The notes under the pieces were generated by a model that searched no databases, was not told the DNA's origin, and saw only the letters and a list, made by a program, of their open reading frames with translations. This document shows, one piece after another, positions 29,202-37,763 of a DNA stretch of 64,000 nucleotides (positions within the stretch are counted from its first letter, which is position 1; each line of letters starts with the position of its first letter). Origin of the DNA: an uncultured Victivallaceae bacterium (GTDB taxonomy: Bacteria; Verrucomicrobiota; Lentisphaeria; Victivallales; GWF2-50-93); contig CAZWRV010000030.1 in NCBI GenBank assembly GCA_964636325.1, forward strand, positions 62-64,061. The letters are read 5' to 3'. The position numbers and the translations under genes are program-made.

Positions 29202-30368
29202 TTAACCATTAACTCTCTCGCACCCCGCTCCGTCGCCGAGGCTGCAGATTACGGTCTCCGTCTCCTTACCTGTCCTCAGCTTGAACGCCGTCCTCAGGCG
29301 CCGGCTGTACGCCTCCGCCTCCTTTTCTTCGACGAAGTGTATCGAGATGCCGCCGAATCCGCCGCCGCTGAGGCGGGCGCCTATGCATCCGGGCAGGGAC
29401 TTTGCAAGCTCCACGAGGTAGTCCAGCTCCGGACAGCTGTTCTCGAAATTGCAGCGCGAACTCTCGTGAGACTCGTAGAGGAGCCTCCCGAAATCGGCGG
29501 CCTTCCCCTCCCCGAGCAGCCGGACGGCCTCCATCACCCTCTCGTCCTCGCCGACGATGTGCCTGGCCCTTAGGAAATCCTGATGGTCCAGATGCTCCCT
29601 GGCGGCTTCGAGCATCTTCATGTCCACGTCGCGGAGCGCGCTTATATCCGGATATTTTTTCCTGAGCGAGTCGAGCGCGCGGCGGCAGCTCTCGAACCTC
29701 AGATTGTAGTCGGAGTCCACAAGATCATGCTTCACCATGCTGTTGGCGACGACGATCGCGTAGCCTTCCGGAAGGGGGACGGTCTTCAGCACCTCCACCT
29801 TGCGGAAGTCGCACAATATCAATGAGTTCTTCCTGCCGAATATCGAGCTGAACTGGTCCAGCAGCCCAGACTTGACGCCGACGAAGTTGTTCTCGGCCCC
29901 CTGCCCTATCCTCGCCCAGTCCGTAAGCGGGAACTTCAGCCCGAAGGCCTCGCGGAACGCGAACCCCGCCGACATCTCCAGGGCCGCGGAACTGCTCATG
30001 CCCGCCGAGAGCGGCACGTCGCTCGACACCGCCGCGTCGAAGGCGCCGACCTCGCCGCCCCGCTTGCGGATTTCGCAGATCACCCCCACTACATAGGTCG
30101 TCCAGTCCTTCTTCCCGCCTCCTGCGCGGAGCTTGTCCAGATCCAAGATCCTCACATTTCCGTCCATCTCGCTGACTATCCTGCAGATACTGCCCTTGAC
30201 CGCACGCATGGCGAACTCGGTCCTCTGCGAAACCGCGCCGCTCAGCACGTAGCCCTGGTTGTAGTCGGTATGGTTCCCCAATATCTCCAGCCTTCCCGGG
30301 GCGCTGGCCAAGTATTCAGGAACCCCCTCGAAAACCTTTTTGAAAAGCTGCACCGACCTCGAACTCAT
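29202..30368 (-). CDS. galK: Galactokinase (GHMP kinase)
   Basis: Galactokinase signature GRLEILGNHTDYNQGYVL, GHMP motif PLSAGMSSSAALE, and C-terminal GARLSGGGFGG. Confidence 0.9.
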   Translation of the reverse strand: MSSRSVQLFKKVFEGVPEYLASAPGRLEILGNHTDYNQGYVLSGAVSQRTEFAMRAVKGSICRIVSEMDGNVRILDLDKLRAGGGKKDWTTYVVGVICEIRKRGGEVGAFDAAVSSDVPLSAGMSSSAALEMSAGFAFREAFGLKFPLTDWARIGQGAENNFVGVKSGLLDQFSSIFGRKNSLILCDFRKVEVLKTVPLPEGYAIVVANSMVKHDLVDSDYNLRFESCRRALDSLRKKYPDISALRDVDMKMLEAAREHLDHQDFLRARHIVGEDERVMEAVRLLGEGKAADFGRLLYESHESSRCNFENSCPELDYLVELAKSLPGCIGARLSGGGFGGISIHFVEEKEAEAYSRRLRTAFKLRTGKETETVICSLGDGAGCERVNG

Positions 30369-30540
30369 TCAAAATCTCCGTGTATAATTATTGAATTGGC
30401 AAATTATTAAGATAATTCTTAGTGCTTACAAATGCAAAAAGCGGATGCTATCTTAAGATGGTTATTCGTTATTGGTTACTCGTTATTCGTGTCTTGAGAG
30501 AGTCGCAGGTTGAGAATCGTCCGTTCACATTGTTTTTTAC

Positions 30541-31944
30541 ATGAATCAAAGCAGTACAGTTCAACCGCTTAAAGGCAAGACGGCCGCGATCGTCACCATA
30601 GGCTGCCGGCTCAACCAGGCGGACACGGCGCTCATCAACGGCCGCCTGGCCGACGCCGGCTGCAGAATAGTCCGTCTGGAAGACGGCTGCGAGCCCGACC
30701 ACATCATCGTCAACACCTGCTGCGTGACCGCAAGCGCGTCAAGCAAGGGACGCCAGACAGTCCGCGCTCTCAGGAAGAAACATCCCGCCGCCCACATAAC
30801 CGTCACCGGCTGCAGCACAAGCGCGGAAAGGAGCCTCTGGAAGGACGAGGGAGCCACCGACCTGGTCATTTCCGGAGACGAGAGGCTGGACATCGCAAGA
30901 AGGCTGGCGGAGCTTGACCTGGCAAACGCCGACATCCCTGCAATGCAAATGACTCGCGACGCGCGACACGCGACCGAAGATTACTCATCCCTGTCCTCAA
31001 GGGCCTCTCCGTCATCCTCCCCCGATCCCTCCCCGGTCTTCTCCGAGGGGACCACTGCGCGCTTCCCGTTCAGGAGCCGCGCGTTCCTCAAGATACAGGA
31101 CGGCTGCGGATCCGCCTGCACATACTGCATGGTCCCTCTCGCTCGCGGCAGGACGGAGCGCTCCCGCGACAGGGCGGAGATAATCCGCGAATTCCGCAGC
31201 CTCATGGACGAGGGACACAGGGAAGTCGTGATCGCCGGCGTCAACATCTGCGCATACAAGGACGGCGGCAGGTCGCTATATGATCTGCTGTCCGAGCTCG
31301 TTTCGATCACGCCGGACGGACGCAGGATCAGGCTGAGCTCCACCGAACCGCATCCCGAAACCTGGAAGATTCTGAAGATTATGGCGGGGAACCCTAAAAT
31401 CTGCCGGTTCCTGCATCTTCCGCTCCAGCACGGAACCGACGAAATCCTCAAGGCCATGGGAAGGAACTATGCCGCAGCGGATTTCACCGAGTTCATCCAT
31501 GCGGCGGCGGAAAGCGTTCCCGGGATACACCTCGGAACGGACGTCATCGCAGGCTTCCCCGGCGAGACAGACGCCCTCTTCGAGAGATCATGCCGCCTCA
31601 TCGAATCCCTCCCCCTGGCAAACCTCCACATCTTCCGCTTCTCGCCGCGCAAAGGGACCCCGGCCGCGGATTTCGCGGGGAAAATCCCGCAGAACACCAT
31701 AAAGAGGCGCGCCGCCGCCCTGGCGGCGCTGGAAGAAGCCCTTACCCGCAATTTCCTTCTCGCTCAGGTCGGCAGGCCGCTCGAAGTCCTGGTTGAAAAA
31801 AGCGGGAGCGGACACGCCGAAGGCTGGAGCGACAACTACGCCAAGGTCGTAATCGCCTCCAATCCGTCTCCGGCAAGGAACTCCATCGTCAAGGCCTTCA
31901 TCAAGGGGTTCGACGGGCAATCCTCGCTCGTGGCAGAAGCCTGA
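30541..31944 (+). CDS. mtaB: Radical-SAM methylthiotransferase, MiaB/MtaB-like
   Basis: N-terminal UPF0004 domain (TIGCRLNQADT..NTCCVT), radical SAM CxxxCxxC (GCGSACTYCMVP), and a TRAM-like C-terminus. A roughly 50-aa Ser/Pro-rich insert separates the first two domains. Confidence 0.8.
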   Translation: MNQSSTVQPLKGKTAAIVTIGCRLNQADTALINGRLADAGCRIVRLEDGCEPDHIIVNTCCVTASASSKGRQTVRALRKKHPAAHITVTGCSTSAERSLWKDEGATDLVISGDERLDIARRLAELDLANADIPAMQMTRDARHATEDYSSLSSRASPSSSPDPSPVFSEGTTARFPFRSRAFLKIQDGCGSACTYCMVPLARGRTERSRDRAEIIREFRSLMDEGHREVVIAGVNICAYKDGGRSLYDLLSELVSITPDGRRIRLSSTEPHPETWKILKIMAGNPKICRFLHLPLQHGTDEILKAMGRNYAAADFTEFIHAAAESVPGIHLGTDVIAGFPGETDALFERSCRLIESLPLANLHIFRFSPRKGTPAADFAGKIPQNTIKRRAAALAALEEALTRNFLLAQVGRPLEVLVEKSGSGHAEGWSDNYAKVVIASNPSPARNSIVKAFIKGFDGQSSLVAEA

Positions 31945-32001
31945 ACCAAGCCGTTTTGTAAAAAGACCGCCCCATATGTATATTGACGAAAATAATCCAC
32001 A

Positions 32002-32970
32002 TTGCAGCATATGCCTGAATCAAGCTTTTCAAAAAATTCGAGAGGATATTCCCGCCGCGGCGAAAAGAAGGGGGGCGTCCCATTCTGGCTGATCTTCATC
32101 GTCGTCACATCGATAATGACCTTCACAGTCTACTTCTTCATACCGAAAGGCGCTTCGAAGCCCCAGCCCGTTGAAGGGCAGCCCGGCGTAAAAGTGCCGC
32201 CCCCGAATCAGGATCCGGCGGATTCCAGGCTGCCGCAGAGCATCCAGGAAATGATTTCCCGGGCCAAGGACGCCTTGGCCAAGCAGGACTGGAGGACTGC
32301 AAGGGACATCATGAGAGGCGCCATGCCGCAGATTCCGCCCGACTCGCCCGACTGGGGACCTGCCGCCGAAATACTCGGCAAGGCCAATATTGAAATCTTC
32401 TATTCCAAGACTCCCGTCCCGGAAAAGGAGTCCTACGCCATCAAGCCCGGCGACAACCTCATCAAGATAGCCTCGAGGTTCAACATCAGCCTGGAGGCGC
32501 TCCAGAAGTCCAACGGCCTGGATCCCACCAGCCCAGTCATACACGCGGGGAAGATGCTCAGCATATACAAGGGGACATGGCAAGTGACGATAGACAAGTC
32601 CCGGTTCAGGCTCTGCCTCATGGACGGAATCAACCTTTTCAAGGCATACCGCATAGGGCTGGGGCCGCGCCTGTCTCCGCCGCCTGGAGTCTATGAAATA
32701 AGGGCAAAAGAAAAGGATCCGGTCTGGTATTCTGACGGCAAGGCTATACCTTATGGGGCTGACGGAAACATCATCGGAACCAGATGGATGTCCATCCGCG
32801 AGCTGAAGCCGTCCTCATCCCAGAAGAAAGGCACGGGCATCCACGGGACATGGCAGCCATCCGAAATCGGCAGGATCGCCGGGGGCGGCTCCGTGAAGAT
32901 GTTCAACTCCGACATCGAGGAGCTCTACTCCATCATCCCGGTCAAGGTCATAGTCATAGTGAAGGAATGA
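32002..32970 (+). CDS. LysM + YkuD (L,D-transpeptidase-like) domain protein, membrane anchored
   Basis: N-terminal TM helix. LysM domain (YAIKPGDNLIKIASRFNISLEALQKSNGL). YkuD-like domain with GIHGT, but GGGSVKM in place of the SHGC[IV]RM catalytic block. Confidence 0.8.
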   Translation: MQHMPESSFSKNSRGYSRRGEKKGGVPFWLIFIVVTSIMTFTVYFFIPKGASKPQPVEGQPGVKVPPPNQDPADSRLPQSIQEMISRAKDALAKQDWRTARDIMRGAMPQIPPDSPDWGPAAEILGKANIEIFYSKTPVPEKESYAIKPGDNLIKIASRFNISLEALQKSNGLDPTSPVIHAGKMLSIYKGTWQVTIDKSRFRLCLMDGINLFKAYRIGLGPRLSPPPGVYEIRAKEKDPVWYSDGKAIPYGADGNIIGTRWMSIRELKPSSSQKKGTGIHGTWQPSEIGRIAGGGSVKMFNSDIEELYSIIPVKVIVIVKE

Positions 32971-32976
32971 ATATAT

Positions 32977-33933
32977 ATGCCTAACGTAGTCCTGGACTTC
33001 GAAAAGCCGGTCAAGGAGCTGGAACAGAAAATAGACGAACTCCTCAAGATTGGCAATTCTACCAACGTCAATGTTGAGCATGAGATCGGCATGCTCAAGG
33101 GCAAGATCGAGGAGATGAAGAAGTCCATCTACGAGAACCTGACCCCCTGGCAGAGGGTGCAGCTGGCCCGGCATCCGGACAGGCCCTACACGCTCGACTA
33201 CGTCGACAGGATATTCACCGACTTCCTTGACTTCAAGGGGGACAGGCGCTACGCGGAGGATCCGGCCATTGTCGGCGGATTCGCCAAGCTGGACGGGAAG
33301 CCGGTCATGCTGATCGGCACGCAGAAGGGGCGCAACACTAAGGAGAACGTGTTCAGGAACTTCGGGTGCCCGCATCCGGAAGGCTACCGGAAGGCGCTGC
33401 GCCTAATGAAGATCGCCGACCGCGCGCGAGTGCCCATCGTCTCCCTTATCGACACGCCCGGGGCGTTCCCCGGAATCGCGTCGGAGGAAAGGCATATCGG
33501 CGAGGCCATCGCAGTCAACCTGAGGGAGATGTTTTCGCTCTCTGTCCCCTTTGTCGCCGTGGTCATTGGAGAGGGCGGCAGCGGCGGAGCGCTAGGCATT
33601 GGCGTCGGCAACAGGATATTGATCCTGGAAAATGCATACTATTCGGTCATAACACCGGAAGGGTGCGCCGCAATCCTGTGGAAAGATCGCTCCTACTCGG
33701 CCAAGGCCGCCGAGTCACTGAAGATTTCCGCAAGGGATCTGAAGGAGCTCGGCATAATAGACGAAATAGTGAAGGAGCCTTCCGGAGGCGCCCACAAGGA
33801 CATTGAGACTGCGGCGGCCCTCCTCAAGAGGGCGCTGAAGAAAAATCTCGCCGACCTGGAGGGTATGAAGCCCGACCAGCTAAGGGAGCAGCGTTATGCG
33901 AAATACCGCGCCATTGGAGTCTTCGTGCAGTAG
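32977..33933 (+). CDS. accA: Acetyl-CoA carboxylase carboxyltransferase subunit alpha
   Basis: Full-length AccA pattern: LTPWQRVQLARHPDRPYTLDY, IDTPGAFPG, GEGGSGGALG. Confidence 0.95.
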   Translation: MPNVVLDFEKPVKELEQKIDELLKIGNSTNVNVEHEIGMLKGKIEEMKKSIYENLTPWQRVQLARHPDRPYTLDYVDRIFTDFLDFKGDRRYAEDPAIVGGFAKLDGKPVMLIGTQKGRNTKENVFRNFGCPHPEGYRKALRLMKIADRARVPIVSLIDTPGAFPGIASEERHIGEAIAVNLREMFSLSVPFVAVVIGEGGSGGALGIGVGNRILILENAYYSVITPEGCAAILWKDRSYSAKAAESLKISARDLKELGIIDEIVKEPSGGAHKDIETAAALLKRALKKNLADLEGMKPDQLREQRYAKYRAIGVFVQ

Positions 33934-33960
33934 CCTCGCCGGCCACAGCCCCTTACCCAA

Positions 33961-34434
33961 ATGAAAAAGCCCCCCGCAGCAGCAAGAATACGTCCAGCCC
34001 GCAAGGGGGAGGCCGAGATCATTTCCCGGATATTGAACAAATACGCCAGGCGCAAGCTGCTCCTGCCAAGGACGGCCGACGACATACTCAGGCACATCTC
34101 CAACTTCTGCGTCGCAGTGTCCGGCGGGGAAATCGTCGGCTGCTGCGCCACAAGGAGCTACGGGAGGGGACTTTTCGAAGTAAGATCCCTGGCCGTAGTC
34201 CCCGGATTCACCGGCCAGGGCATCGGCAGCAGGCTCGTGAAGCACTGCGTCCGCAGAATCGGACGGCAGCCCGGCACCAGGATATTCGCCCTGACCTACA
34301 GGGCCGACCTTTTCAGGCGGCTCGGATTCAGGGACGTGGAAAAGGAGATGTTCCCCGAGAAGATCTGGAGCGACTGCTCCATCTGCCCCAAGCGGTCCCG
34401 CTGCGACGAGGAGGCGTTGCTGCTGGAGATCTGA
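33961..34434 (+). CDS. GNAT-family N-acetyltransferase (ArgA C-terminal-like)
   Basis: 157 aa with the acetyl-CoA-binding motif VVPGFTGQGIGSRLV (Q/RxxGxG/A). Confidence 0.75.
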   Translation: MKKPPAAARIRPARKGEAEIISRILNKYARRKLLLPRTADDILRHISNFCVAVSGGEIVGCCATRSYGRGLFEVRSLAVVPGFTGQGIGSRLVKHCVRRIGRQPGTRIFALTYRADLFRRLGFRDVEKEMFPEKIWSDCSICPKRSRCDEEALLLEI

Positions 34435-34521
34435 ACCTCATGGAACTTCGTTTCGGTTCTCCGTCATTCGTTATCAGCTATTCGCGAACCGTAATCGCCG
34501 TCCGCAAGCGTCCGCCGAAAA

Positions 34522-34560
34522 GTGAATTCAGCGAACTACGCCCTTTTGCTGAATTCATAC
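34522..34560. repeat. R1 palindromic REP-like element
   Basis: GTGAATTCAGCGAACTACGCCCTTTTGCTGAATTCATAC. Confidence 0.85.
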
Positions 34561-34600
34561 TTAAAGACACAAGACTAAGAGGTGCGACAAATCCGCCTAG

Positions 34601-34655
34601 GCGGACGCCCTCAACCGAGTTTCTGATCAACAAAACTGCGAATCTCGCAGAGCGG
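34601..34655 (-). repeat. R2 element, partial copy (5' arm only)
   Basis: ..GCCCTCAACCGAGTTTCTGATCAACAAAACTGCGAATCTCGCAGAGCGG aligns with 37880-37934 (GCCCTCCATCGAGTTTCTGATCGACAGAACTGCAAATTTCGCAGATGG). Confidence 0.7.
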
Positions 34656-34658
34656 CAT

Positions 34659-34935
34659 TTATACTCATTTGGCGTGGAAATTGACATTTTACGAGCGAGA
34701 TTTGGAATTGGATTTTTTTGTTCCGACCGAGCGGCGACATGAATCTCGTCCGAGGAAGGAACGGAAAAATACGGCCCAAAGATACTCGTCCGCCTTGGCG
34801 GATTGCGGTCTTTCGGTTTTGCCTCGCACCCTTCGAGAGCCTTCGATACCTCGGTATCGGCGGCCTCCCAGAATACGGAGCGATTCCCGAAATCTCCGCA
34901 ATCAAAATGCTCAATTTTCAGCCTAAAGGAGCATA
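34659..34935 (+). mobile_element. R3 MITE-like element, copy 2
   Basis: Collinear with 16668-16945. Terminal inverted repeats TATACTCATTTGGCGTGGAAATTGACATTTTA / TCAAAATGCTCAATTTTCAGCCTAAAGGAGCATAT. Confidence 0.65.
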
Positions 34936-34997
34936 TCTCTGACCCGGGAATATCCAAAAGCCGGCACTCAATACCGCCAGAGGCCGGGATTGGACAT

Positions 34998-35816
34998 TCA
35001 AACTCCTGCCTTCCGCAGGTGCTCCACGGAACGCTTCAGAGCCTTCCGGATGTTTTCCGGAGTGGCGGCTTCGCCCAGCGCGGCCGGCCCCTCTATTTCG
35101 ATCGACGAATTTCCTTTGAATCCGCCTTCGTCCAAGATATCGAATATCTTCTTGAAGTCGATCGTCCCGTCGCCTAGAGCGGGGAAGAAGTTCTCTAGAT
35201 ATCCCTTGCGGCTGTCCTTGACGTGGAGGTGCGCCACATGCTTCACGAGCCTGCGCAGTTCAGCGTCGCCGTCTATCCCCTGGGTGTAGTAGTAGATGTT
35301 GGCCGTGTCGAAATTGAGCATGATGCTCGGATGCCCGACGTCCATGAGCGTCCAGAGCGAGTAGATGGAGTTGTGCCCCATCGGAGGATGCGTCTCCATG
35401 GCCACGGTCAGACCGCACTTCTCCGCGGCTCCGCCGATCTCCTTGAGGGCAGGTATGGCCTTCATCGGATCCTGGCCGCTGCCGGTGACAAGCGTGGAGG
35501 CCCCGAGCATCCGCCCGACGTCAAGGCAGAGCTTCAAAATCTGCCGCTGCTCATCCTTCTCGAAGTCCACGAAGCACGAGACCGTGCTTATCTTCACACC
35601 TTTAGCCTCGGCCATGCCCCTGACCGACTCCGCCCTGCGCGCAATCTCCTTCCTCGGAATCTCAAGAGGCTTCTCCCCGGGTTTCGCGATGCTCCACAGA
35701 TCCCCCCCGAGGTTCAAGTCAAGGTTGGAAAGGCCCGCCTTCTTCAGCTCGTCAAGCGCCCCCTCGTATCCAAACATGGAAAGCAGAGGGCTGAACACCT
35801 CGATCACATGCTTCAT
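34998..35816 (-). CDS. Sugar phosphate isomerase/epimerase (xylose isomerase-like TIM barrel)
   Basis: 272 aa. AP-endonuclease-2/TIM-barrel pattern (ETHPP..., HLHVKD, ...EIEGP). Confidence 0.8.
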   Translation of the reverse strand: MKHVIEVFSPLLSMFGYEGALDELKKAGLSNLDLNLGGDLWSIAKPGEKPLEIPRKEIARRAESVRGMAEAKGVKISTVSCFVDFEKDEQRQILKLCLDVGRMLGASTLVTGSGQDPMKAIPALKEIGGAAEKCGLTVAMETHPPMGHNSIYSLWTLMDVGHPSIMLNFDTANIYYYTQGIDGDAELRRLVKHVAHLHVKDSRKGYLENFFPALGDGTIDFKKIFDILDEGGFKGNSSIEIEGPAALGEAATPENIRKALKRSVEHLRKAGV

Positions 35817-36056
35817 CTTTTTCCGCCTCCTTATTTTTTTTGCCTACATAAATATATGGCGGCGGGCCATATCGCAAATGGCCGGAATAAAAATATCTTC
35901 CTTTGAGCCGGTCAGAAAATCTGAAAGATTGGAGCATTACCTTGATTTTACGGCAGACACAGCTTTAAAAACGACCCTTTGCATGCTATCATTACACGAT
36001 CTCTGAAACATGCGAATCGTCCGGCTGAGGCCTCAAACAATCCGGGATGTCAAATC

Positions 36057-37196
36057 ATGCACAAGGAAGGCGTGGTAAAGGTTCGGCTCTATCTTCTGCT
36101 CTGCCTCATATTCCTCTCAATCAACCTACTCTTCGTCAACTTCAAGCCGTACATAGACGGTTTCAGCAGAAGCATCTTCGCCTTCACCGGCGAGCTTTCT
36201 CCACGGCAGTCCCCCGATGACAAGCCTGCGCCCGGCAAGCCTGCCGCCGCCAAGCCTGCGCCGCAGGCTAAAAACACACCCGCACAACCGAAGGAGGCGC
36301 AGAAGCCCAAGGAGGAACCCAAGGCGAAACCTCCTCCGCCCCCTCCTCCTCCGCCGCCCGACTTGAACAATCCGGTGGTCAGGGATCTGCCAAAGACCAA
36401 GCCGCCCGTCATAGCGTTCACAGCTTCCGTCCCGGACTTCAACGACCCCAAGATTCCGACCTTCCCGGAGCTTAGAAACTTCACCGGCGACAGATGGGGG
36501 CAGGAAAACACTGACATCAGGATGGCCACCACAGGCCCGCTGCTCTACGTCCACATCACATGCTTCGACAAAAATCCATACGGGCTCATAACCAAAAACG
36601 CGAAGGCGAAGCCCAGCGAAGCATGGAAGGACGACTGCATACAGATATTCCTCATGAAGGACGCCGACGCGGACCACTATTGCCAGTATGTCGCATCGGC
36701 CGCAGGAATACACTTCATATTCTACATGAAGGCCGACCCGGAAAATCCTCTAAAAGGAACGTCGGCCAAGCTACCCGAGGGATTCGTGGACGCCAAGAGC
36801 GTCATAAAGGTCACATACAACGCCTTCACCGTAGACATGATAATAGACATCTCGAACAACCTGGGACTGGAGGCCGCGCCTGGCAAGACGGTGCTGATGC
36901 AGATCGTCAGGGGCTACCGCGGCAACCAAGCATCCCTCCAGCTCTTCCCCAACCACATCTACTGCGACAGCCGGAACAAGATGAACAACCACGACAGACG
37001 CGCATTCATACCGGTCGAGATAAGAGACCTCTCAGCACCCGCACCCGAGCCGCAGACCGGCAAAGCCGACGACACTGGCGCCGATCCGAAGGACAAGAAA
37101 ACGGTTCCGTACCACGACCCGCTGGCCCCCAAGCCGCAGGCCCAGAAAAAGCAGGGCGACGACCCGGGTATACTCGACCTCCCGCCCCTTGACTGA
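36057..37196 (+). CDS. Membrane-anchored proline-rich protein with CBM9/DOMON-like domain
   Basis: TM helix (LYLLLCLIFLSINLLFV), a Pro/Ala/Lys linker including P10, then a domain with YVHITCFDKNP...WKDDCIQIFL resembling carbohydrate-binding family-9-like modules. Start set at MHKEG (36057). Confidence 0.55.
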   Translation: MHKEGVVKVRLYLLLCLIFLSINLLFVNFKPYIDGFSRSIFAFTGELSPRQSPDDKPAPGKPAAAKPAPQAKNTPAQPKEAQKPKEEPKAKPPPPPPPPPPDLNNPVVRDLPKTKPPVIAFTASVPDFNDPKIPTFPELRNFTGDRWGQENTDIRMATTGPLLYVHITCFDKNPYGLITKNAKAKPSEAWKDDCIQIFLMKDADADHYCQYVASAAGIHFIFYMKADPENPLKGTSAKLPEGFVDAKSVIKVTYNAFTVDMIIDISNNLGLEAAPGKTVLMQIVRGYRGNQASLQLFPNHIYCDSRNKMNNHDRRAFIPVEIRDLSAPAPEPQTGKADDTGADPKDKKTVPYHDPLAPKPQAQKKQGDDPGILDLPPLD

Positions 37197-37261
37197 GAAC
37201 AGACATCCCGAGCCATGCGAAAAGAGATGTGGTGAGATACCGACTCCTGAAGGTATTTCAG

Positions 37262-37353
37262 TTCAGATTTCCGGCGCCCCGCCCTGAAAAACCACAAGGT
37301 TATTCCCCCCCCGTTTCTTGCATTTCCAAAGTAGCGGGTCAGGAAATCTGAAG
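37262..37353. repeat. R4 element (TTCAGATTTCC...GGAAATCTGAAG)
   Basis: About 80% identical to 14897-14987. The mutT stop codon (37339-37341) and its last 4 codons lie inside the right terminal repeat. Confidence 0.75.
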
Positions 37354-37728
37354 CCTGAGGAACTCCCCAAGCGGCCTGTCGGCGGGGACAAGCTCGTCGA
37401 CTTGAAGACCTGCTAACATCACCCATCTCATCCGCTGGCCCTCCTTAGGATGCAGCATGGCCGGATCCGACAGCAGGAAAGTCCGGTAGAAGCATATGAC
37501 GATCGGCCTTTCACTGGTGAGGTTCTGGAACCTGTAGATGCGGTCGGCGACGGCGATTTCGACGCCCAGCTCCTCACGGATCTCCCTGCGAAGGCAGGCC
37601 GCATCGCCCTCATGCGGTTCCCTCTTGCCGCCTGGAAACTCCCAGAAACCCGCCATGTAGGAGCCTTCCGGCCTCGAACATATCAGCACCTCGCCGCCAC
37701 GCCTGAATACGGCGGCGCAGACGTTCAT
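37339..37728 (-). CDS. mutT: NUDIX hydrolase, MutT-type 8-oxo-dGTP diphosphatase
   Basis: Nudix box GGKREPHEGDAACLRREIREELGVEI. ATG at 37728 is preferred over the TTG at 37758. Confidence 0.85.
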   Translation of the reverse strand: MNVCAAVFRRGGEVLICSRPEGSYMAGFWEFPGGKREPHEGDAACLRREIREELGVEIAVADRIYRFQNLTSERPIVICFYRTFLLSDPAMLHPKEGQRMRWVMLAGLQVDELVPADRPLGEFLRLQIS

Positions 37729-37763
37729 TGTCTTAACTTTGCCAACTGTCACGCTCAAATCGC

